Assembly (NCBI GenBank): GCA_951406725.2
Contig: OX597816.1
Coordinates: 47,430,001-47,494,000, forward strand
Direction: 5' to 3'
Length of the DNA: 64,000 nt
Source: Octopus vulgaris
Lineage: Eukaryota
The first letter of the stretch is position 1. Each line of letters begins with the position of its first letter. The notes under the pieces are model-generated. The model was given only the letters and a program-made list of their open reading frames with translations, made no database searches and had not been told where the DNA came from. Positions 52,676 through 64,000 of this stretch are shown here, one piece after another. The position numbers and the translations under genes are program-made.

Positions 52676-53318
52676 AGAATTTTGCCCAGTGGGCTAACAA
52701 TTCTACCAACTTGCCACCTTAGAAAAAAAAAAAAGCGAAAAACTTATAGAATATTGATATAAAATGTTCATAAATATGTTATACAATAATCCACAGACAT
52801 AAGGACTACACTACAACATTAAAGACATTATTAAAAGATGCTGTTATAGAAGATTATTGACTTAGCAATTAGATTTCATTGTGAAAGCATGTGACCTAGT
52901 GATTAGGGCATTGAAGATCATGGTTTCAATTTCTAGACTGTTTTCTTGAGCAAATACTTCATTTTATGTTGCTCCCGTCTGCTTAGCTGTAAATGGGTTC
53001 TGGCAATAACTGGGAAGTTAACCACGTGACAGATCAGCGTCCAGTTCAGGAGAGAGTGTTGTAGTCTCAATCAATTACACACTGGAAAATAGGGTTAAAT
53101 TTGGACCCTGTGAATCAGTGTTAAAAGATTAAGAATTGTTGCCCCACACATCAAATGTGGAAACTCATCATCTCCAGAAATCATATTTGGAAACTGATGG
53201 GCTTAATGGAACTAAGGCACCTTCAAGAATACTTTATATTAATTTCATTACTTTTTGTTTTAGTATAAAATGTCTTTGATTCTAAAAAGTTGCTGATTTA
53301 AAGAAAATGTTTTTTTTT

Positions 53319-53515
53319 AACAATTGCAGCATGGAAGGTGTTTATAAGTCATTTAAAAACACACAAAGATGCAGCACGGAATTTTTTCAGTGAACAGGTC
53401 ATGATTTCAAAACAACGAAAATATTTTGGCAAATAAAATTTAAATGTTGAAGTGAATCTAATGTTTTTTGTGTGTTTTTAAATGGCTTATTAACACCTTC
53501 CATGCTGCAATTGTT
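53319..53515. repeat. 49-bp inverted repeat with ~100-bp spacer
   Basis: 53319-53367 vs 53467-53515. Confidence 0.85.
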
Positions 53516-54604
53516 TTTGTTTCAACACACTATCTCAGATCAAGTCACTTGCTATGCAAGTACATCTCTATCTTTTTTTAAAATTTGTACTATTAAAGAA
53601 CCAAGTTTCCATAACTGTAATGGTGTGCTATTTTAGCCTAAAACATCATTTAATGAATTCAGCTGGTATCGTTTATCTTGTATCTTTTACTTGTTTCAGA
53701 CATTAGACTGTGTCCATGCTGGGGCATTGCCTTCAAGAATTCTTTCGTCAAATGAATTGATCCTAATACCTATTATTTTAAAGCCTGGTATTTTTCTATT
53801 GGTCTCTTCTGCTGAACCACTGGGTTACAGGGAGATAAATACACCAACACTGGTTCTCAAGTGGTGGTGGGTGACAAGCACCAACACAAAGACACTCACA
53901 CATACACATAGATATAAGCTTCTCTCAGTTTCTGTTTACTAAATCCACTCACAAAGCTTTGGTTGACCCAAAGCTATAGTAGAAGATGCTTGCCCAAAGT
54001 GTCACACCCTGGTGACTGAACCTGATATGTGAATCTATTTTCACGAACTCTTGTTGATTGTTACCTCAATGGTGTAATTTTATCCTTTTTTTAAAAATCC
54101 TTCTTATTCTCTTTATTCCTCAGAAAAAATGGAAAAAAAAACATATGTTCCATAAATTGTTTCCAGACTAATTATTTCCCAACTATTAGAAGTATCTCAC
54201 TTCATAAAATTTTTAATTATTACACCTAAGTTATGTCATGCTGAAGATTTCTAAAAAGAATAAAATAGTGCTATGCATGAATATCACTGAATAGAAATTT
54301 TAAGAACTTCATAATAAGTAAGCAACAATAATATCCATTTCCATATTCCTTAATTTCAAATTCAAACTTCTAATTCTCTCAAGTGTTATGGAGAAATTAT
54401 TATTTCTCTTGTATTAACTGTCTTTTATACTGAACTCTATTATTTTGAACTGAACTGGACTGGAGTTTCATGTCTAATTGATAAAAAAAAAAGAATTTTT
54501 CGATGTTCATTTTAGAAACAAGGCTTTCTGAAATATTTAAGCTTTGTTCCCAACATAAATGAGTCTTGGCACTTTAATGTTTGCATATATTTTTGTAAGC
54601 ATAC

Positions 54605-55695
<1,091 letters not shown>

Positions 55696-56059
55696 TATTT
55701 TGCCTTGTTTATTAGTGGTTCAATATGATTATTTCTGCAGTTGCTGGAGAAGGGTTAATTATGATGGAGGATAGCTGTGAATATGTCCCAAAAGTTTTTA
55801 TAGACACAGAGACAGATTCAATCAAAAATATAAATATAAAAGTCAATCAAACAAACAGTTGCAGGCATAAACACAAGCAATTACGATTTGAGAATGAAGA
55901 AAGGGAAAAAAGAGGAAAAGGTTATGAAAACCTGTATTTTAAATGATAATAACAAAATCACAAAAACATAATGCCACCCCACCACCACAATCATTACCCA
56001 CCCCCCCGGCCTTCATTGCTGCCTCCACCACTGCATGCTGTTTAAATTAAAAAACAGCT

Positions 56060-57043
56060 CTTCAAGAATGGAAGTGACAAGAAATATTTGTTTTGACTAA
56101 GGAAATGAAGCTTTCAGTGTCCAGTCATGTCCACAATGATTTGACTGGTTTTGTTTGGAAAATTTTTCTCTTGTAGATTTCCCTCGATCTGAACAAGTAA
56201 GTTCTATCAATACTGAGCTTCTGGATACTGTAGTTGAGGAAAATCCAAAGCAAACTGTACGAGAATTAGCAAAGTACTTCAATACAACTTGCACTTCGAT
56301 CATAAAGCACCTTCATGAATTAGGAAAACTGTTTATAATTGGTTAGGGGATCTTAATTGAAGAGTTGAAAAATAGACTTGTTAGCGAACTTTTCCTGGGT
56401 AAAACCATCACAAATGATGAAAAGTGGGTTCTTTATAATCATATCATATCAAAACAAAAATGGTTATCATCCAATAAAAAAGAACCTATCTACAAACCAG
56501 GACTACACCTGAAAACCTTTATACTCTATGTTTGGTGTGATATGAAGGGTATCATCTATCATAAAGTATTAAACTAAAACAAAACAGCTAATGTGAAGTA
56601 TTGTCACCAACTAGAAGCATTGCACAAAAATTTGTAGATAAAGCACCTATCATTGGTCAGCCATAAGAAGGTATTGTTCTTACAAATGTAAGAACATAAA
56701 TTACTCAAGTCACTCAAGAACAGGTCATGGTACTAAATATGGAAGTTTTGCCTCATCTTTCTTACTCTCCTGACCTTGCTTCATCTTTTCACATCATTGC
56801 AATGCTATTTGGAAGGAAAACAGTTTATTAATTGTGAAGAGATTAAAAATGTTATTGACTGTTTTTTACTTTGAAACTTGAAGAATTTTGCACCCAAGAA
56901 ATCAACAGTTTGCCAAATAGATGGGAAAAGGTTATCAGTAATGAGAGGGAAATAATATCTTGATTAAATATATTAATTAAGACCATGGAAGCATTTGTTT
57001 CTTTCTCATTTTGAAGTGCAATAAGACTTTCTTTCAACGTAAT
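56060..57043 (+). mobile_element. Decayed mariner
   Basis: VEENPKQTVRELA, ITNDEKWVLYNH, KPGLH...LYVWCDMKGIIY, PHLSYSPDLA; right TIR-like GACTTTCTTTCAACGTAATA. Confidence 0.8.
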
Positions 57044-57698
57044 ATTTTCTGAGGTATGAAAGTGAATTTAACAGTTTTTGAGTGCTTTTAGAAGGCTAGA
57101 ATGGCTTTTCCGCAATGTAACTTCAGATGCTTAATGTGATTAGGAAAGCATCAGTGTCACACAGTCTCATTTACTTTCCCTCTCTCTTGTAAATCTGTGG
57201 TAGGCGGCATACTTTTGTAAGAAACCAATAATGTTATGGTTAACCAGAAAAATTCTGATAGTAATGCAAATAAACATAGTGACAGCAAAGTTCATGTTGA
57301 CAGAAAGGAATAAAGCATTTCCTTAATAAGAGAAGAATAAAGGATTCCCTTAAAGGAAAAGGGTTAAAAAAAAAAATGGGAGGAGAATATAAAAATAGAA
57401 ATTATTTTTCTAATTAAGTAACAAAAAAAGAAACAACAACTTCAAGATGGAGAACAACTAATCAAAAGATCAATAAACTTAATTCTATCAAAATCATATT
57501 AAGTCCTTGGTGATTAAATTGGCAGCAAAGGAAAAAAATTAACAAAGTAACCATTCACAAAGTCAGCGCATGTTTCCAAATACTCTGCTGTGTCAATCAA
57601 ATTCTTAATTAAATGTTGTAAGGTCCTGACAGATTATATTTAAGTTGCCATTTAATTCTTTTTACCCAATATTCTTTTACTGTTTTAGAATGTCAGCT

Positions 57699-57765
<67 letters not shown>

Positions 57766-57794
57766 GTATGTATGTATGTATGTATGTACGTATG

Positions 57795-57826
<32 letters not shown>

Positions 57827-58729
57827 ATGTGTGTGTGTGTGTGTTTCTGTGTGGTGTGTATGAAAGTGAATCCTGAAATGCTATGAATTACAAACTGTCA
57901 CACTGAGCAGAAATAATTCAGTTTTATATTGTGATTTAGATATTGCTTGTTGTTGACAATCTGCTGCATCGATTCACCAATAATGTACTATGGAGCACTG
58001 GTGTCCTGCAGAGTGCAACTAGGTGCACTGCAAAAGTAAATCATTTCTAACACAGGCATAGGGTGAAGAATCTAGAAAGCGGTGTCAGTCGATGAAATTC
58101 ATTCCAGCACTTGACTTGTGTTTTATTTTTCACCGTTCTCAGAAGGATGGAAACAAGACTGAACTTGGCTGGATTTGAACTCTGAATGCGAATGGCTGTA
58201 ACTAAATACCACAAAGCATTTTGTGCTCTGATGACTCTACCAATTCAGCACCCTTGTATTGTGGAAGTAAAAATGTAAATTATGAAAAAATGCTAACATA
58301 CAAGTTGAAATTCTAAATATAAAATGTAAAGATTATTTGCCAACATAACATGGCAGCCCTGGTTAGGACAAATGTTACTGCTATTTAGCCCCAGGAAATA
58401 TCGTTTCCAGCTGGCTATACAACACGTTATCTATGTCCTTATATTTTTGAACAAGGAAGTTTAGCATCCCCGCTCAACACAAAACAATATCTGTGTATTG
58501 CAATTTCTGGATTATTTTCCTTCATCTGCACAGAATAACTGTTCGGCTAAATTCTTGTTCGAAATATATAGTTTTCAAAGTGACACACAGTCACTGGTTT
58601 AAAAAATAGAAAATTACTATTTGTAAATTTGAGAGATTTATAAATAGTAATTTTCTATTTTAAATATAAAATCTTGCTAGCAATGGCTAACCCTTTAGTA
58701 TTCAAATTACCATGAATGCTTATAATTCT

Positions 58730-59126
58730 TTTATTCTTTTACTTGTTTCAGTCATTTGACTGTGGCCATGCTGGAGCACCACATTAAAGGGTTTTAGTCT
58801 AACAAATCAACCCCAGGACTTATTTTTTAAAAACCCTAGTATCCATTCTATTGGTCTCTTTTGCTAAACTTCTAAGTTATGGGGTCATAAACGTACCAAT
58901 ATTGGTTGTCAAGCGGAGGGGGGGGGGCACAGACACAGAGACACACACGTATTGATACACACACACACAATGGACTTTTTTCATTTTCTGTCTATCAAAT
59001 ACACTGACAAGGTTTTAGTCTGCCTGAGATTAAAGTAGAAGACACTTGCCCAAAGTGCCAATGCAGTGGGACTGAACCCAGAACCATGTGGTTGGGAAGT
59101 AAGCTTCTTACCAAACAGTTATGCCT
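58730..59126 (-). mobile_element. SINE family A nested in a TTAA MITE
   Basis: Reverse copy with MITE sequence on both sides. Confidence 0.8.
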
Positions 59127-59637
59127 GTTGTTGTGAATTAACCATGTATTATCTCATAGCCTCAAGATTTTGATGATGTGATTCTTTATTTTTAGAATGA
59201 CATTGCAGGTTAGGTATGAGGGGCATAATCTGGCTAATTTTAACATAAAACTGGTAGAATTTAGAAAGTGGTGTCAGTCGATTAAGTTTACTCCAGCACT
59301 TGGCTTGTGCTTTAATTTTCATCATTCCTAGAAGGATGGAAAAAAGGCTGAACTCAGCTGGACTTGAACTCTGAATGTCAATGTCTGGATTTAGTTAGTT
59401 TTAAGTGACAAAAAACTCTCAAGCAGAAGGTCTTCAGAGAAGAAACCCCACACAGGCAAGTGTTTCAGCCTTTAACTTCTTACACTTTAAGGAAGCTGGG
59501 TTGCATCCAAGTCATGATTCCTGGATACCCATCTGCTGACACTTTCAAGCCACTTGGATATTAGAAACTTGTGCATTTAAACCACTTGAAAATTTCATTT
59601 AGTTCACTATTGACTCAGCTTTCAAACTTATACTTAA

Positions 59638-59861
59638 CCCATTAATTTCCCACTGTCCTATGAATAGGACACTAAATGAGAACATTAAATAAGCTATATC
59701 ACATTGTCTCATTGTCCTATTTATAGGACACTGATTATTTCCATTTCTACTTGAAGTAAAGGAGTTTTAATAATTATTGTTTTCATTTTAACCAATTTCC
59801 AATCATCTGCAAAAATTTAAAAGTAATATTCAGAAATTTAAGTACTCTGGGACTTAATGGG
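59638..59861. mobile_element. piggyBac-like MITE with two internal palindromes
   Basis: TTAA CCCATTAATTTCCCA ... TGGGACTTAATGGG; TGTCCTAT..ATAGGACA twice. Confidence 0.55.
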
Positions 59862-59964
59862 TAAAAGCAGAAATAAAGTTGGTTGTCATGGTAGCAGTGA
59901 AACATTAGTGCCATCACAATGACTCAGAATTACTTCCCTTAGCATTAAAATACAAATACAAAAA

Positions 59965-60175
59965 TATTCTTTTCTACAATAGGTACAAGGCCAAATTTTT
60001 TGGGGAGGGGAGCAGTCGATTAGATTGACCTCAGTATGCAACTAGTAATTAATTTATTGACCCTGAAAGGATAAGTCAACCTCAGCAGAATTTGAACTCA
60101 GAACGTAAAGACAAACAAAATACTCGATAAACGTTTTGCCTGGCGTGCTAATGTTTCTGTCAGCTTGCCACCTTA
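59965..60175 (-). mobile_element. SINE family B
   Basis: Reverse copy; others at 18085-18246, 58050-58255, 62570-62780, 63070-63250. Confidence 0.75.
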
Positions 60176-60201
60176 CATATATGAATACAAAAATATTGCT
60201 T

Positions 60202-60540
60202 TCAAATGGTACGGAGGTCGTTTTTGTTCCTCCTTGACCAAATCCAGCTGGAACACCTTGCCACTGTCTCTGATATTGCCTTTAAGGCTTTGGTCCTGTT
60301 CTTCCCAGAGACTGAGAGTTGTTTCATTAGATCGTAAACAGAATTGTCCACAAAATCTCTGGCTTCAACCTCTACAGTGAGTACTTTGACCAAGAAGTTG
60401 GCTTCCCTCGGGCTGTTGGCCAGACTGGTGTATTTTTCAAACTTGAACACATGTGCTTCTTCAATTCTAAGGTCAAACAGCATGGTGAGTTTAATCGAAA
60501 TCAGTTGCTTTGATGAACTGGAATGGAATATATCTAAAGG
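60202..60540 (-). mobile_element. HERO/R2-group LINE C-terminal restriction-like endonuclease fragment
   Basis: IKLTMLFDLRIEEAHVFKFEKYTSL...VEVEARDFV...SSWIWSRR. Confidence 0.75.
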
Positions 60541-60567
60541 GTTAACTTAAACTTATAACTGAGATGC

Positions 60568-60759
60568 AGTTCTATATTTAAGAGATGAGGAATCATGTAC
60601 ATTATTTACATTCGATGGATATTTGTCCTCATCTTGTTTGTTGTTAACACAATGTTTAACACCTGACACCTGAAGAAGGCTGGAGGGTATATCAACTGAA
60701 ACGTGTTAACAACAAACAAGATGAGGACAAATATCTGTCGAATGTAAATAATGTAAATA
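60568..60759. mobile_element. TSD-bounded fold-back of the same hammerhead-tail family as 50570-51048
   Basis: TSD ATAACTGAGATGC 60555-60567/60760-60772; GACAC CTGAAGA A GGCTG GAGGGTATAT CAACT GAAA CG at 60665-60703. Confidence 0.8.
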
Positions 60760-61229
60760 ATAACTGAGATGCTTTTCCCCATTCTGTGCTATAGACTTCT
60801 GTCTCTCATTAGATCAGTTTCATGTTGAATGTCCCTGTCAATGAAATTCACTCACAAGACATTAGCCACCCAGGGACTGCACTTGTGCAAGTTACTATGC
60901 AGTGGTGCTGAACAAGAAACAACATGGTTGAGAAATAAACTTCTTAAACAATATAACCAGGCCTGTATGTGTTAGGTATTTTACAGCAGAATATGTCTTA
61001 AAATATTACCTCAGATGACAACAAGAAGACTCTCTTTTTGGACAATGGTTTGATTGTACAATGTTTGTGTCGAAACTACGATTTTGTATGGTAGAAAATT
61101 ATGGGGCCTAAATGCTTTGTGTGTGCCAATGATGGGGAAAAACTGAAGCAAGGATGATCCATTAGATGGGTAATATCACTGTATATAAATGATGAGGTAC
61201 AAATGAGCTGATATAAAAATCTAAAGCAT

Positions 61230-63020
61230 GTGGTTAGTTCAGTCGGATATAAAGTGTCTTACTTCTATTCCTATTCTTTTGTTTTTTTACTTAGCTAGGG
61301 AGAAAGGGAGTATCCATGACCCTCTGCCAGGCCCTGGAAACTGATGTAAAGGAAATAGGAAGGTATTCTCAAAGTGAAGCTCTGACCTGAATGCTTGCAG
61401 CAGAGTAGGCTTCTCCAGTAAAGGCACCCAAATAGGCCACAGTGAGATGCATTTGAACTCAGAACAGATAAGTTTTTGACAGACCACTGTATTAGTACAA
61501 ATATGTAATGCATAAGGACGATTCTTGTTGAGTAAAAAAAAATGGCAAGGGATCCATATAGAAGGAAACTGTAGGAAAGGACGACATAGTCAGAAGTAGC
61601 GAAAGTTGATCTCAAGATGTTGAACCTCAAAGGAATACGAGTAACAGGTTTTGTTGGAGAGGATGTACCTAAACCAGCAAGCATGGAAAAGTAAATACAA
61701 AAATGATGATGATGGCAATGGTGATGATGATGATGATGATGATGATGACTATATATATAGATATTTGAAGCAAGAATATTTTCTGATTTACTGTGATGCA
61801 TATTACAAATGGTTAAGATTTTCATTCCTCATAAGATGGAATCACATATGTACTTGTACTCAAACCCTGATTGAACTGCAAACCATTAGTTCAGGCAGGT
61901 TCCAATATACTATTTATTATACTACAGACCAGTATGTGATGCATGTAAATACCCTCTGAGGCCCCAAAAGACTTCTTAAGAGTCAGGCTCTGGGTTTTGC
62001 ATAAAAAGTAGATGAGGGTCAACTTTTTTACTGGATACAAATGTAAAGAAGACAACATTTTTCAGTGATGTCTCCTACGGTCATATGTACAACACAGTTT
62101 TGCTTTACAATAACAACATTACAAATCAACCTGAACAATATTACTAAACAAAGACCTAAAGAAGATCAATATCACTGAATGAAGATATATGCCATGACAC
62201 AAATCACTGAGTGTGTTAGGGGAAAAATTGTTGGTAAGACTACAAACTATGAGACACTTCTGTTAGCTGATAAAGGTGGAAAACGAAGTGACTTGATCGT
62301 GTAACAACACTGTTTTGCATAAATGTTCATGCATGGATAAGTCTTAGTGAAAGAAATTGTATATATGATGATCATAAATGGAGAGGTTGAGCAACCTCAC
62401 AGAATAGACAGGAAAACATAAGTTGGCTGATGACCAGGAAAGACAGAGGGAAGAGGATGTGTCTGTTGTTGTGTATCTAAGGTCTCCCTAGGTTTCAGAA
62501 ATCGATAATTTGATTGATAGGTGGCTTTTAGCAAGTTCTCCCCCACCTAGTAGTAGTAATTATTTCTAATGTAGACACAAGGCCATTAATTTTAGAGAGA
62601 GATGGGGAGCACTCGATTATATCAACTCCAGTACTTGACAGGTAGTTTATATTATCATCCCTAGAGGGATGAAGGGCAAAATTGACTTCGATAGGGTTCG
62701 AACTCAGAAAGTAAAGAGCTGGAACTAATACTGCAGGGTATTTTTTCTATTTTTTAATGATTCTGTCACTTCCCCCATCTCCCACACAAGTGTTAATAAT
62801 TAAAAAGAAGTACTGCGTCTGGTTAGTTCAGTGGGATATAAAGAGTCTTACTACTGTTTTTTTATTTTATTATTTTTGTTGTTGCTTAGCCAGGGTAAAG
62901 ACCCTATGCTGAGCCTTGGAAACTGATATAAAGGAAGGAAGAAGGTTTCCTCAAACTGGAGACATGACTTGGATGCCTGCTGCAACAGAGTAAGTTTCTC
63001 TAGTAAAGGAACCCAAAGAG
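61230..63020. repeat. Pair of diverged ~200-bp direct repeats (61230-61433, 62821-63020)
   Basis: TGGTTAGTTCAGT.GGATATAAAG.GTCTTACT...GGAAACTGAT.TAAAGGAA...CAGAGTA...AGTAAAGG.ACCCAAA in both. Confidence 0.7.
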
Positions 63021-64000
63021 TTGGTGGATTAAATCTACTGTCAAAATAAGCCTGGACTTCAAAGGTTTCAGATTTTGGCACAAGGCCAGCAATTTTTGGA
63101 GAGGGTGTAAGTCAATTAAATTGACCTCTATGTTCAACTGGTATTTGTTTTATCAACTCTGCAATGATGGAAGGTAAAGTGGATCCTGGCAGAATTTGAA
63201 CTAAGAATGTGAAGATGGATGAAATGCCACTGAGCATTTTATCTGGCATACTCTTTCACTCTTTTACTTGTTTCAGTCATTTGACTGTGGCCATGCTGGA
63301 GCACCGCCTTTAGTTGAACAAATCGACCCCTGGACTTATTCTTTGTAATAACTTCATTTGATTGTAAACCCTGGAGTTAAGCTCATTCATGGGTCCTAGC
63401 TATCAGACAGGAAGTAATCCATTGACTATTTTATCAAACACATACCTGAAAGTCCACAAATATTTGCTGAGGCTTCACAATTATAAACAAAGAGAATGGA
63501 GCAAGCAACTTTTATACATAATTCTGAAGAGTGGAATTGTGAAATGTGACAATGACGCTTCGTGAATAAATACTTACATATGTTATTGTATTATATAGCA
63601 AATTTATTGTTTTTACATGAATTCCATATGATTACAATTGTTTCATAATCTTCTCTATGTAGTATTATTAATTTCAACATTCCAAGTCATATACAAATCA
63701 TATGCATTCAAATCATATACATTCATTTTTCCTCGATATACATACATAATACAACTGTATATTCACATAGTGATGTATATAAGAGAAAACTAACTCATCT
63801 GTTCATATATACTGGAACATCATTGATACATCCACTATTTAACTCTGTTACACAAACAAGACTCACTCACTTTATACACAATGTATGGAAAACCAAAATT
63901 GGAGGTAGATACAATAATTCGCTTTATATAAGAAACAATTATTGAAAAAAAAACAGTAAATAGTCCTGCTAAGTGACATTTTCCCCCAAATGAGCCCTCT

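Overview
AT-rich, microsatellite-saturated eukaryotic non-coding DNA (intronic or intergenic). The repeat complement strongly suggests an octopus/coleoid cephalopod genome (inference, not verified). I find no credible host protein-coding gene; nearly all listed ORFs are (TA)n/(CA)n or SINE artefacts. The window holds ~20+ copies or fragments of one tRNA-derived SINE with an internal microsatellite, further SINE families, RTE, HERO-like and R4/Dong-like LINE remnants, a near-complete mariner, Tc1/mariner/hAT/piggyBac-like/Helitron-like remnants and a degenerate tRNA-Phe. The most notable unexplained layer is a set of short, mostly fold-back insertions from several unrelated families carrying minimal type-I hammerhead ribozyme motifs (CUGANGA-stem II-GAAA-stem III-UH) of the kind known from Penelope-like elements (PLEs), alongside a PLE GIY-YIG remnant. 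One TSD-bounded unit (50570-51048) joins a tRNA-like Pol III head, an (AAT)n linker and a hammerhead-bearing tail, i.e. a candidate PLE-mobilised, ribozyme-carrying SINE. A second family places a hammerhead directly upstream of the tRNA-Phe copy. All coordinates were read by eye and may be off by a few bases.
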